DNA of 64,000 nucleotides from Sedimentisphaerales bacterium (GTDB lineage Bacteria; Planctomycetota; Phycisphaerae; Sedimentisphaerales; Anaerobacaceae): NCBI GenBank assembly GCA_040772485.1, contig JAXGYC010000015.1, positions 26,090 to 90,089 of the forward strand, read 5' to 3'. Shown piece by piece: positions 51,772 to 61,146 of this stretch (position 1 is its first letter; each line of letters starts with the position of its first letter). The notes under the pieces were generated by a model. It saw only the letters and a program-made list of their open reading frames with translations, ran no database searches and was not told where the DNA came from. The position numbers and the translations under genes were made by a program.

Positions 51772-54486
51772 ATGTTCAGCAAACGAGTAGTGACGGTATT
51801 ATGTGCGCTGGTCGTGTCTCTGGCGATGATCGGCCAGGCGCAAGACCCCGGTGCGGCAAGTGCCCCGAATCCCGCCGACGGCACCCAATGGGTCAAGACC
51901 GAAGGGATCACCCTGACCTGGACGGTCGGCGCCGATGCGATCCTCCGCGACATCTACTTCGGCACGGACCAGGCCGCGGTGGAGGCCCGGGACGCGAGCA
52001 CGCGAATCCGAACCATGTCGCTGGCCACCGAGATCGATCTCGATGTTCTGGAGCCCGCGACCACCTATTACTGGGCGGTCGATGAGATGTCCAGCACCAT
52101 GACGGTCTCTGCCGGAGCGGTCTGGAGCTTCACCACGCTGGATCCCGCCGATGGCGGCGCGATGGCGGAGTACTGGGCCAACATGAGCCTCGACGGCGAG
52201 CCGGACGTGGTGAAGGTCGTCCCCGAAGTGAACTTCGAGTGGGGCAGCGGCACCGTCCCCGGCGAGAATTCGCCCGATGCGGCCATTCCGGTCGATGGGT
52301 TCTCCTGCCGCTGGACCGCGGAACTGACCATCCCCACGAGCGGGGCGTACACGTTCTACAGCGCCTCGGACGACGGGGCCCGGCTGTTCCTCAACGGCGT
52401 GCAGATCACCGACGGCTGGTACGATCGCGGCACGACCGAAGACGCCTCCGAGCCACAGGAACTCGAGGCCGGCGGCGTGTACCAACTCGTCATGGAAATG
52501 TATGAGAACGGCGGCGGCGCGGCAGCATTCCTGCGCTGGGAAGGCCCCGGCATCGCCAAGCAGATCATTCCGCAGGGCGCCCTTCAGGAGCCGACGATGG
52601 CCTTCTCGCCCACACCTCGCGTGGGCGCGACCAAGGTGGAAGCGACACCGGTCCTGAGCTGGATGGCCGGCGAAGGCGCGGTCGCCCACGATGTCTATCT
52701 GAGCACCGACGCCGACCTGGTCGCAGCGGGCGATCCCAATGCGTACCTGGGCCGCGTGGAAGTCACCAGTTTCCAGATCGCCGACGCCCTCGAAGGCGAG
52801 GCGGAATACTTCTGGAGAGTCGATGAGGTCGGCGCGGACGAGACGATCGTTCCGGGCCTGGTCTGGAGCTTCACCGTGATTCCGGACGTCCTGACGTCCC
52901 CCGAGGCCTGGTCGGGCATCGTCACGCTGGCCGGCCCGGGCTTCTTCGCCACGGACATCGCGGATGGCGTTTACGACATCGGCGCCTTCGGCGGCGAGAT
53001 GACCTATGAGTTCATCGTCAAGAGCAACCCGCTGGAGACCCAGGCGAGCATGTGCCTGATCGGTCGCAGAGATTTCGGCGACACCGAGATGGGACTGAAG
53101 TACGAGCAGTGGAACAACACCGGCACCTATGGCGCGACCACTTTCGGCGTGGCCGACTACGACTACGGCGTGGCCACCAATCCGGGCGTGCCGACGCATC
53201 TGACTTTCGTCGCCAGTGAAGCCGCCGGAACGACGGCCCTCTATGTCAACGGCGTCTACCAGGCGAGCATCGATGCGGCCATCCTCCTGTCCGGTTCGGT
53301 GGGCATCGGCTACGGCGCCCAGGATCGGGCCGGCGCCGATCCGTTCTTCGATGACTTCGACGGCGAGATCTTCGGCTTGGCCATCTACGATCGCGCGCTG
53401 TCCAACGGCGAGATCAAGATTCACGCCGACGCCTATCTCGTGCGTGTCCTGGCCGACGTCACCGCGGCCGGTGACGAGGTCGTGGGCGATCCCAACGACG
53501 GCGATTGGCCCGGCGCTGAGACGCCGAACCTAGCGATCGACGACAACGTCGCGACGAAGTACCTGCACTTCAAGGGCGCAACCCAGGCTACCGGCTTCAA
53601 GGTGGCGCCGGCGGTCGGGGCCACCATCGTGCGAGGCCTGACGTTCACCACCGCCAACGACGCGGTCGAGCGCGACCCGGTCGCGTTCGAGCTCTATGGC
53701 TCGAATGAGAGCATCGAGGGTCCGTTCGAGCTGATCGCCAGCGGCGACATCGTCGATTTCGCCGGCGAAGAAGCGTGGCCGCGATTCACCAAGACCGTCA
53801 CGCCGATCGAGTTCGAGAACGCGGTCGCGTACACGTACTATCAGATCCTGTTCCCGGCCGTTCGCGATCCGGGTTCGGCCAACAGCATGCAGATCGCCGA
53901 AGTGGAGCTGATCGGGCGGCCGGCGGTGGACCTGTTCGTCGAGGACTTCGAGTCCTATGCCGCCGGCACTGACCTGCACGGCGTCAACGGCTGGAAGGGC
54001 TGGGACAACACCGCTGGAGCGGGCGCACCGGTTTCGGATGCCCTTGCGTTCGGCGGCGCCAATTCCGTTGAGGTCGTCGGCAGTGCCGACCTGGTCCATG
54101 AGTTCGACCTGGCCGGTGGCGTAATCGAGTTCTCTGCCATGCAGTACATCCCATCGGGCACGTCGGGCACCACCTATTTCATCCTGCTCAACAGCTACGA
54201 TGATGGTGCCAACCAGGACTGGTCGATCCAGACGACGTTCAATCTGGAGACCGGAGCGGTCGGCTATCAGGGCGGCGGCTCGGCGGCCATCGTGTATGAC
54301 GAGTGGGTCGAGGTGAGCTACGTCATCAATCTGGACAACAACTCGGTCGACAAGTACTACAATGGCGAGCTGATTGAGACCGCTGTCTGGGATGACAACG
54401 AGCACGGCACGCTCGGCGCGATTGACCTGTTCGGCAACGGCGCTTCGTCGGTCTACTACGACGACATCACGATCTCGACGCGCTAA
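51772..54486 (+). CDS. Secreted multidomain carbohydrate-binding/adhesin protein (PA14, LamG-like, discoidin-like domains)
   Basis: GAGGAG RBS; Sec signal; repeats YFGTD/YLSTD...YYWAVDE/YFWRVDE...VWSFT; PA14 motif FSCRWT...ASDDGARLFLNG; AIDDNVATKYL discoidin-like. Confidence 0.8.
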   Translation: MFSKRVVTVLCALVVSLAMIGQAQDPGAASAPNPADGTQWVKTEGITLTWTVGADAILRDIYFGTDQAAVEARDASTRIRTMSLATEIDLDVLEPATTYYWAVDEMSSTMTVSAGAVWSFTTLDPADGGAMAEYWANMSLDGEPDVVKVVPEVNFEWGSGTVPGENSPDAAIPVDGFSCRWTAELTIPTSGAYTFYSASDDGARLFLNGVQITDGWYDRGTTEDASEPQELEAGGVYQLVMEMYENGGGAAAFLRWEGPGIAKQIIPQGALQEPTMAFSPTPRVGATKVEATPVLSWMAGEGAVAHDVYLSTDADLVAAGDPNAYLGRVEVTSFQIADALEGEAEYFWRVDEVGADETIVPGLVWSFTVIPDVLTSPEAWSGIVTLAGPGFFATDIADGVYDIGAFGGEMTYEFIVKSNPLETQASMCLIGRRDFGDTEMGLKYEQWNNTGTYGATTFGVADYDYGVATNPGVPTHLTFVASEAAGTTALYVNGVYQASIDAAILLSGSVGIGYGAQDRAGADPFFDDFDGEIFGLAIYDRALSNGEIKIHADAYLVRVLADVTAAGDEVVGDPNDGDWPGAETPNLAIDDNVATKYLHFKGATQATGFKVAPAVGATIVRGLTFTTANDAVERDPVAFELYGSNESIEGPFELIASGDIVDFAGEEAWPRFTKTVTPIEFENAVAYTYYQILFPAVRDPGSANSMQIAEVELIGRPAVDLFVEDFESYAAGTDLHGVNGWKGWDNTAGAGAPVSDALAFGGANSVEVVGSADLVHEFDLAGGVIEFSAMQYIPSGTSGTTYFILLNSYDDGANQDWSIQTTFNLETGAVGYQGGGSAAIVYDEWVEVSYVINLDNNSVDKYYNGELIETAVWDDNEHGTLGAIDLFGNGASSVYYDDITISTR

Positions 54487-54549
54487 GCCGCACGGCAGAA
54501 CCTCGTTGCGCTAACGGACGGGGTACAGAAGCAGTGGTTTGCACCCTCA

Positions 54550-54593
54550 GGGGACTGCATCCGGTTTCACGCCGGGTGCGGTCCCCTTCCTTT
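54550..54593 (+). terminator. Rho-independent terminator after the PA14 protein gene
   Basis: gggactgcatccgg-tttcacg-ccgggtgcggtccc (14-bp stem with G-U pairs) followed by cttcctttt. Confidence 0.75.
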
Positions 54594-54663
54594 TGGCGCG
54601 GTGGAACCTCGCGCCGCAGCGGCATGGATTCGCTGATATTCGGAAGCGGCGTGCGGGCACACT

Positions 54664-55134
54664 CTATGAGTTGGCGTGCGGAGGGCGCGTGGCGGAGCCG
54701 CGCCGGCTGCGTTGCTCACCGGCCAGACGCGAGCGGAACGGCACGCGGCACGTCGGGCACTGCACCCACTCCGACTCCAGGCCGGGCTCTTCGGGCTTCT
54801 TGGCCACTTCGAGCAGGGGCACGGTCTGACGCATGTGATTGAAACAGCCCGTGCAGAACGGCCCATCGACGATCTGCTCGCCCTTCCTGGTGAACCAGGC
54901 GGCGCCTTCGATGAGCATGTCGTCCGTGGCTGCAATGGCGGCTCGCAACTGGGCGATCAGCTCGTCCCGCTCGCTGAGACTCTGCTCGGCGTCGTCGAGC
55001 AGGCGCTGCAACTCGACGGTCTTGGCCTTGAGCTCGACCACCTCGGAGGCGAGCGAGAAATCGTGCTTCGAGTCCAGGTCCAGCTTCTGCCTGACGGTCT
55101 TCAGCGATCCAGCGATCAGGTCGATCAGTTCCAT
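54664..55134 (-). CDS. Hypothetical coiled-coil protein with C-terminal Zn-ribbon
   Basis: AAGGGG RBS; coiled-coil N-half; GPFCTGC...VQCPTC. Confidence 0.6.
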   Translation of the reverse strand: MELIDLIAGSLKTVRQKLDLDSKHDFSLASEVVELKAKTVELQRLLDDAEQSLSERDELIAQLRAAIAATDDMLIEGAAWFTRKGEQIVDGPFCTGCFNHMRQTVPLLEVAKKPEEPGLESEWVQCPTCRVPFRSRLAGEQRSRRGSATRPPHANS

Positions 55135-55268
55135 GATTATCGCCCCTTAAGGAGACTATCGCATAGCCCGCCGTGCCGTCGTCTCACGCTCCCCAACGCC
55201 ACGGCCCATCTCCCTCCATCGACCCATTCGCCGCCCGACTTAACCTGCTGCCCAAAACCAGGCGATTC

Positions 55269-55298
55269 TTGAGCCGCTCGCGCGCCGCATGGTATCAT
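55269..55298 (+). promoter_or_regulatory. Possible sigma70 promoter for 55339..55851
   Basis: TTGAGC-N18-TATCAT with extended -10 TG. Confidence 0.45.
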
Positions 55299-55338
55299 GG
55301 GTCGCGATGAAGCAATCCGGCTTGGTGCGAGGTGGCAG

Positions 55339-55851
55339 ATGGGACGTTACAGGAAGGTGATCGTCGCGGCCCTGGCGGCGCTGGTGCTGGCGATGGCCGT
55401 GCTGCAAGTGTGGTTGTGGAAGTCGCCGCTGGTCGTGATGGGATCGGACGAGCCGAAGGGGCAGTTGTTCGATCCGCAGACTGCCGCCGGGAAGGCCTTC
55501 ATGAGCCTGCAACAGTGCGCCGAGCAGCAGAAGCACCTCTACGAATGCATCACGGCGTATCGCGACAAGAACGGCCGCCTCCCTGCCGACATGAACGAGT
55601 TGATCAACGATGTGCACGAGACGATGTCCTTCCGCAATTGTCCGGCGGGCCTGAGCGAGTACGTCGTCCACTTCGAGAACTACGCCAAACCCAAAGCCGT
55701 GGTGATCGAGGAAAAGCAAAACAAACACCCCACCGCCTTCGCCCTGTGGATTCGCGGCTACAAGCCCCACGTCCAAACCATGGGCGACGGCACCATCCAC
55801 CTCTTCGCCGACGCCAAACTCGCCACCATCCAAGCCAAGAAGCAAGACTGA
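55339..55851 (+). CDS. Membrane-anchored hypothetical (pseudopilin-like) protein
   Basis: N-terminal TM; YRDKNGRLPAD and TMGDGTI resemble planctomycete pilin-like proteins; sigma70-like promoter upstream. Confidence 0.5.
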   Translation: MGRYRKVIVAALAALVLAMAVLQVWLWKSPLVVMGSDEPKGQLFDPQTAAGKAFMSLQQCAEQQKHLYECITAYRDKNGRLPADMNELINDVHETMSFRNCPAGLSEYVVHFENYAKPKAVVIEEKQNKHPTAFALWIRGYKPHVQTMGDGTIHLFADAKLATIQAKKQD

Positions 55852-55937
55852 ACGACCCAGGACAGAACACATCTCACGTGACTTCCGTGCGCCGCAGCTT
55901 CTGCCCACGGCGGTAGTTCTCCGTTTCAGATCGCCGG

Positions 55938-55983
55938 TTGCGGGCTGCGGATTCATATCCAGGAGCGAATCCGCAGTCCGCAA
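55938..55983. terminator. Hairpin between convergent genes (heptamer-repeat derived, possibly bidirectional terminator)
   Basis: ttgcgggctgcggattc / gaatccgcagtccgcaa, 16 of 17 complementary. Confidence 0.5.
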
Positions 55984-55999
55984 TTTTGTGACTCCCAAA

Positions 56000-56608
56000 T
56001 CAGACTTTCATGGCGGTGACGAGCTGGCGGGTTTCGGGGGATTGGTTGGCGTGGGCGGCTTTGAAGGCCTGGGTCTGGTCGGTGCTGTGCTTCTTGAACA
56101 GCTCGTTGCCCTGGATGATCTCCTTCAGGGCGGTGGATTTGGCCCGGGCGTCCTTGAGGAACCGCACCGCCCGCGTGCCGTAGACGCCGCCCAGCAGGGC
56201 GCTGACGCCGATGCCCACCTCCAGCAGCGAATCGGCGACCTGCCACGGATCGGGGCGTTGGGCGGACTGGGCGACGGCGGTTTCGGCCAGTTCCCAGTTC
56301 GACTGCGCGAGGATCTGCTCGCTCGTCTCGGCCTGGGGAACCTCGCTCGGCAGGCCATAGTACGACGTGAACGCGCGGCTCTGCACCTCCGACAGCTTCG
56401 TCAACGCCTGAAGCTGTGGCGAAGTCTCTTCGGCCCGCGCCGTCTCGGCCGCGACCGCCGTCGTGCGGTTGTGCAACCAGGCGTTCTGCTTGAGCTGCTC
56501 GCTCGGCGCCAGCCGCAGGCTGTCACAGCCGACGGCGAGCAGGCCAATCACGGCGACGACGATGACAACCAGCACAAACCGACCTGATAGGGACACTCGA
56601 ACCTTCAT
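56000..56608 (-). CDS. Phage-module lipoprotein with internal TM (spanin/holin-like candidate)
   Basis: LLAVG-C lipobox; TM LLEVGIGVSALLGGVYG; start overlaps upstream stop (TCAT at 56605-56608). Confidence 0.5.
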   Translation of the reverse strand: MKVRVSLSGRFVLVVIVVAVIGLLAVGCDSLRLAPSEQLKQNAWLHNRTTAVAAETARAEETSPQLQALTKLSEVQSRAFTSYYGLPSEVPQAETSEQILAQSNWELAETAVAQSAQRPDPWQVADSLLEVGIGVSALLGGVYGTRAVRFLKDARAKSTALKEIIQGNELFKKHSTDQTQAFKAAHANQSPETRQLVTAMKV

Positions 56609-56871
56609 GGTTTCTCTCCTAATCGTTTTTCGATGGCTTGGACGCGGTACTCGTGCGAGAGGCTCTGGGCGGCGAGGGCTTCAAGCTTGTGCGTGACAGT
56701 CTCCTGGGCCTTGAGCAGCATGGTGACGTCGCGCTGCAGCAGGTCGAGCTGGCGCTGAAGGTTGAGCCAACTGCCGAGGATCAGCGACGCCAGCGCCATC
56801 AGTTGCACGAGGACCGACAGATTGATCCGGCGGTCGAACCGCCACGACGATGTGTTGGGTTTCCTGGTCAT
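56605..56871 (-). CDS. Small single-TM + coiled-coil protein (holin/XhlA-like candidate)
   Basis: MTRKP...INLSVLVQLMALASLILGSWL followed by coiled coil; 88 aa; at the end of the tail operon. Confidence 0.5.
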   Translation of the reverse strand: MTRKPNTSSWRFDRRINLSVLVQLMALASLILGSWLNLQRQLDLLQRDVTMLLKAQETVTHKLEALAAQSLSHEYRVQAIEKRLGEKP

Positions 56872-56887
56872 GGTCTCTTCCATTTGT

Positions 56888-56995
56888 CGGGTGGCAGCCT
56901 CAAGCGCAGCGGCCCTCCTGAGCGCTTCGAAGGATTGGGGATGATTCCAAACGGTGCGCCATCCCCAAAGCCTCCGGCTTTGAGGCTGCCACCCG
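56888..56995. repeat. Inverted-repeat element of the GGGTGGCAGCCTCAA family inside the phage module
   Basis: Perfect 16-bp arms 56888-56903 / 56980-56995; inner ttggggatg/catccccaa. Confidence 0.88.
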
Positions 56996-57020
56996 CCGAA
57001 GTCCGCAGTCCGAGATTGGT

Positions 57021-57353
57021 TCATGGTTTGGCATGGAAGACGCTTCGTTCGCCGGCGCGGAACAGGATGGCGAAGGTTCCGGCCGGCAGCATGCCCTGGC
57101 TGGTGAACGATTCGGCCAGGTTCGTCGCTTCGGTCTCCTGGCCGATCTCGACGGGAATCGTGGCGGCTTCGCCCAGGACCACAGCGCGAACGCGGTAGAC
57201 GTTCCACGCCACGTGGCTCTTGACCTTCACCGGCCAGGCGGTCGAGCCGGCGCCGCTGCCGACGACGAGCGAGGTCTCCTTGCGATTGGCGGCGCCCTCT
57301 CGCGACAGCGCCGTCAGCACCTGCTGCTCGTCCGTGATGTGTCGTTTGTCCAT
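57021..57353 (-). CDS. Phage-module hypothetical protein
   Basis: GGGAG RBS; co-oriented within the tail cluster; beta-rich. Confidence 0.55.
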   Translation of the reverse strand: MDKRHITDEQQVLTALSREGAANRKETSLVVGSGAGSTAWPVKVKSHVAWNVYRVRAVVLGEAATIPVEIGQETEATNLAESFTSQGMLPAGTFAILFRAGERSVFHAKP

Positions 57354-57365
57354 GACAAACTCCCC

Positions 57366-57448
57366 ATTGTGATTGTGGATTGGCGATTGCGGATTGCGGA
57401 TTCTCCGGCAACCGCTAATCCGAAATCCGAAATCTGCAATTCGAAATC
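57366..57448. repeat. Inverted pair of heptamer tracts (ATTG(T/C)GG / AATCCGA)
   Basis: attgtgg attggcg attgcgg attgcgg ... aatccga aatccga aatctgc aattcga. Confidence 0.8.
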
Positions 57449-59222
57449 AGGTGCGTTGTCGCACCACGTTCAGCCGGGTGCACTGCTTTCGGAAATCCAC
57501 GTGCACCCGTTCGATCCAGGCGAGGCCTCGGTTATCACTTCGTAACGCCGGCCCATCCCGGCTGTCGGGGCTCGATGTCACTCGGTCGCCCGGATGCACG
57601 TGCAGCGTCAAGGTGGGCGTCTGAATCTGCGTCGTCTCGACGATCTGCGCCGCTGCGTCCGCACGACCGCGCAGGAACTCGTAAAGCGCCTCGGTGTCGT
57701 CGGCGGTATCGGGTTGCCCGAGCGTCGCCGCATCGGCCTGTGCGAAGAGGCTCTGCGGCGAGACCTTGCGATAGCGGAACCGGCGCGGCAACGTGACGAC
57801 ATGATCGACCACAGGAGCGGTGGAAGCAACCGGGCCGTCGGATACGATGCAGGTGAGCCGTTCATCGCTGACGACCGAGGCGGTAATCCGGAATCGCAGC
57901 GCGCCCTTGAGCGCGGCGACCCACGTATCGACGTCGAGATGATCGCTCGCCAGCCATACGCCGCACTCGTCGAGCAGATTGCTGAATGACCCGACGTACT
58001 GCCACCAGTGCATCCCTGCGTCGAACGACACCTCCAAAAAATAGCCCAGCGAGCGCCCTTGCCCATCCGTGCTCAGCGCGGGCCAGAAGCGCCGACGCCG
58101 GCGAACGAACGCCTCACCCTCAAAAAGCTTCGAGAAATCGCAAGGCGCGCCCCGCTCGAACGGCGCGACAGTGTAATCGCCTGCCTCGTTGAGGCACCAC
58201 TTGCGGTAGACGTCCTTGACCTCGTAGAACTGCGGGTTCGTCGATGCGGAGAACTTCGCGTAGTCGGTGTCCTCCCGCGCAGGGTCCCACGCGCCAACCA
58301 GATCGAACGTCGCTTCGTAGGTCTTGAAGTCGCCCTGGCCGATGTGCCGGTGCGTGACGGGATGAAAGTCGCGCCGGCTGTGTAGCGTCGCAACGTTCGT
58401 TCGAGACAAGCTCAGGCCCTGCCCGGGCATCTGACAGTTCAGTTCCACCGTTCGGCCGCGACCGTTGCGATAAAACACGATCGCCTGGTCGGGCCCGGCT
58501 TCGCTCGTTCGCGGGACAAACTGAAAACGCAAGGCCGCCGCCTCGCAACAACGATGTAGCGCGTCGAGAAGGCTCAGGCCGGTGACATCGAGGTCGCGCA
58601 GGAGCCGGCCATCGGTCAGGGCGCGGAGTTGGTCGAGGCTCGGCCGGTGCAGGTCGCCCGGCGGGACGTATTCATTCAGCAGATAGCAGATTGCCTCGGC
58701 GCAACCCCAGGGCACGGCCTGCTTGTGGTCCGCCTCGAACGCCAGCCCGATCGCTGCATTGGCTTGGCCTTGTGGGTTGAAGATGGTATCGAGACCGGTC
58801 AGAAGCGTCGTGCGGTCATCTTGACGCACGCGTTGACCATACACGGTGATGCGGCCGAGCACTGCGCTGAAGTCCCTGGCGACCACTTCGAAGCGTGGTC
58901 CCTGCGGATCCAGCGCCGTCTCGATGCCCTCGATCCGACCGGCGAAGACGGGGACAGCGGCAACGGCGGATTGCGGCGCGCTGCGATTGTAGAGCTGGTG
59001 CAGACGAATCGTCCGACCCATCGCGAAGCGCTGTGCCAATCGTTCGTTGTCCGGCGGCGTGGCCGCAAGGCGCACCCAACTGTATTCCGGCGGGCCGGTG
59101 CGGACGAGTTCAACCGGTTCGAGGTCGTCGCACGGCACGCCGTCGAGCGAAACCAACACCGCCCCGGCAGGCAGAGCCAGTCGCGCGTATTCAGGCCCGA
59201 AGATTTCCATCGTGTTGCCCAT
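57447..59222 (-). CDS. Phage tail/baseplate-hub-like protein
   Basis: PVFAGRIE...FEVVARDFSAVL, LSLLDALHRCCEAA...FQFVP...IVFY, and C-terminal HVHPGDRVT...IERVHVDF pattern typical of tail hub (gpD/gp27/Tal-like) proteins. Confidence 0.55.
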   Translation of the reverse strand: MGNTMEIFGPEYARLALPAGAVLVSLDGVPCDDLEPVELVRTGPPEYSWVRLAATPPDNERLAQRFAMGRTIRLHQLYNRSAPQSAVAAVPVFAGRIEGIETALDPQGPRFEVVARDFSAVLGRITVYGQRVRQDDRTTLLTGLDTIFNPQGQANAAIGLAFEADHKQAVPWGCAEAICYLLNEYVPPGDLHRPSLDQLRALTDGRLLRDLDVTGLSLLDALHRCCEAAALRFQFVPRTSEAGPDQAIVFYRNGRGRTVELNCQMPGQGLSLSRTNVATLHSRRDFHPVTHRHIGQGDFKTYEATFDLVGAWDPAREDTDYAKFSASTNPQFYEVKDVYRKWCLNEAGDYTVAPFERGAPCDFSKLFEGEAFVRRRRRFWPALSTDGQGRSLGYFLEVSFDAGMHWWQYVGSFSNLLDECGVWLASDHLDVDTWVAALKGALRFRITASVVSDERLTCIVSDGPVASTAPVVDHVVTLPRRFRYRKVSPQSLFAQADAATLGQPDTADDTEALYEFLRGRADAAAQIVETTQIQTPTLTLHVHPGDRVTSSPDSRDGPALRSDNRGLAWIERVHVDFRKQCTRLNVVRQRT

Positions 59223-60733
59223 CAGAGTATGACCTCCGCAGCAAGAATCGTCACACCTTCCGGACCGCCGGCCCGAACCGGACAGCTCACCACCGCGCTG
59301 GAATCGCTCTCCATCCCGTTAGCCCCTTGCGCTCGGACAACGAAATGGCGCACTCCTTCGGGCAGCACGTCGGTCAGGCAGTGATAGAACCGGCGGTCTC
59401 GATACGCGACTGTCGCCAGAGGCGCGTCGAAGTCGAATTGACCGCCAGCGTCGGCTGTGTAGACGTTGAATCGCGCCGGCTCGACCTGCTGATCCAGCGG
59501 ACAGTAGAACCATTGAAGCCGGATTCTGCCTCCCGAGACCTGCACGGCCTGCAGATCGGGAACATCGTTCGGCGCCGGCTCCGCAGGCTGGCCCTCCTCG
59601 TCCATGCGGACCGTGACCGCAGCGCCTGTCGTGCGTTCCTCGTCTCCGTGGCCGTTGAACCGCCGGACGACGTAGCAGCCCTTCGCGCCCGCCTGGGGAG
59701 TCAAATGAGCAGGCAGGCTGATCCGGCGTGCATCCGCGTCGGCGACGTGCTCCATGCGCGCGAAGTCCATCTGATCGACGGACGGTCCGTGATAGACAGC
59801 CGTACATCCTGCACGTCGCACCCAGAACCAGCCTCGCGTGAGCACCGTGCCCAGCTTGAAGGCATCCGGGCACGCGCCGTTGCAGAGCACCGCCTTGCGC
59901 CAGGGCCGCCAAGTCGGCGCTATCGTGACAGCCGCAGGCTCGCACGCCTGAACGCTGAGCAATGCGGACGCAAAAGAGGACACGGCAGACACCTGGCCCG
60001 ACAGAGCCCGCCTCACTCTGCCCGTACCCGACAGCGACGAGGCAGCGGAGATCAATCCGGTCAATTCATGCGTCGTCCCGCCCGTGGCGACGACCGGCGG
60101 CCACCGTCCAACGCGATCGAAAACCGCCGATGGCTCACGGTACAGCCGCTGGACCTCGTCAGCCGACAGCGCTCTGTCGTAGACCAGCAACTGGCGCAGG
60201 ATGGTCGAGCCGCCGATGCTCAACGTGCTGGTGGTGCTGTTGGTCTTCGGCGCAAGCGTGCAAGCGGCCGTCGCGATCAGTTGTCCGTTGACGTACGCTT
60301 TCAGCGTCGGCGGAGCCCACATGCACACGACAAAGCCCGGCTCCGTCACATCGGACAGCAGGAAATCGGCGATGGTCTGGCCGACGCCATTGTGCCAGAC
60401 GCGAAAGTGGTCGTAGTCACGGTTCCGCTGCCAGGACATCGTGCTGTCGCCGATGACCAGCAGCGCCTCCCAGGACTCCGCAAGCGTGATTCCGTCGTGC
60501 CAGAGGCATAGCGAATAGCCCCAGCCGAAGCGGTTGTACCAGTCCTGGTGCGTCGCCTCGATCGGAGTCGCCAAGCCGTCCGGGGCCGCAGCGCCCGCCA
60601 GCAGGTGCGGATAGACGAAGTTCGACGCGGCCGAGCCAGGGTTGTCCATGCGGGCGGCACACACCAAGCCCCTGGTCAGGGGATCGCTGCGGTCGAGTGT
60701 CGTCAACGGTTTGGATTTCTTCGGCCAGATCAT
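59222..60733 (-). CDS. Phage tail-associated protein with LamG/ConA-like N-terminal and Fn3-like C-terminal domains
   Basis: LDRSDPLTRGLV; LKAYVNGQL...LSIGG...LLVYDRALSADEVQRLY; RHFVVRAQGANGMESD. Confidence 0.6.
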   Translation of the reverse strand: MIWPKKSKPLTTLDRSDPLTRGLVCAARMDNPGSAASNFVYPHLLAGAAAPDGLATPIEATHQDWYNRFGWGYSLCLWHDGITLAESWEALLVIGDSTMSWQRNRDYDHFRVWHNGVGQTIADFLLSDVTEPGFVVCMWAPPTLKAYVNGQLIATAACTLAPKTNSTTSTLSIGGSTILRQLLVYDRALSADEVQRLYREPSAVFDRVGRWPPVVATGGTTHELTGLISAASSLSGTGRVRRALSGQVSAVSSFASALLSVQACEPAAVTIAPTWRPWRKAVLCNGACPDAFKLGTVLTRGWFWVRRAGCTAVYHGPSVDQMDFARMEHVADADARRISLPAHLTPQAGAKGCYVVRRFNGHGDEERTTGAAVTVRMDEEGQPAEPAPNDVPDLQAVQVSGGRIRLQWFYCPLDQQVEPARFNVYTADAGGQFDFDAPLATVAYRDRRFYHCLTDVLPEGVRHFVVRAQGANGMESDSSAVVSCPVRAGGPEGVTILAAEVIL

Positions 60734-61134
60734 GCGGTCTTCTCATTGATGCACGCCGAGACGGTGACAGAATTGCTCGACGCGTTATTCCTGGCGAAGA
60801 TCTTCACGGCTTTCGCGACCGGGATCGTCACGGTCGCGACGGCGGGATCGTCGGCGTAGGTGTCCAGCCGGGCCAGGAAGATCCCATCGCTGTCGTCGTT
60901 GGGGAATTCGTCGCTGCCCGAGCCGTCGGGGTCGCCGCAACTGAGCAGCGCATAGAAGTCGACGGTGTCGCCGCTGGCAGGCGTGCCGCTGTTGTCGGCC
61001 TTGAGCGTGATCATCGCGTCGAACGCCGCTGCCGAGAACGACATGATGTCGGAGGCGAGCGTCGCGCCCCCCGAGACACTCGCGGAATTCGACGAACTCC
61101 ACGTCACTTGAATCTCATGGTTGGCTACCGCCAT
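60730..61134 (-). CDS. Phage-module hypothetical beta-sandwich protein
   Basis: AGGAG RBS; stop overlaps next start; AVKIFARNNAS pattern. Confidence 0.55.
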   Translation of the reverse strand: MAVANHEIQVTWSSSNSASVSGGATLASDIMSFSAAAFDAMITLKADNSGTPASGDTVDFYALLSCGDPDGSGSDEFPNDDSDGIFLARLDTYADDPAVATVTIPVAKAVKIFARNNASSNSVTVSACINEKTA

Positions 61135-61146
61135 CGTGGGTCTCCT

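Noticed and set aside
55850-56000. Prophage attachment site
   Set aside because: No tRNA or recognisable direct repeat, and the other end of the element is outside the window, so it cannot be supported.
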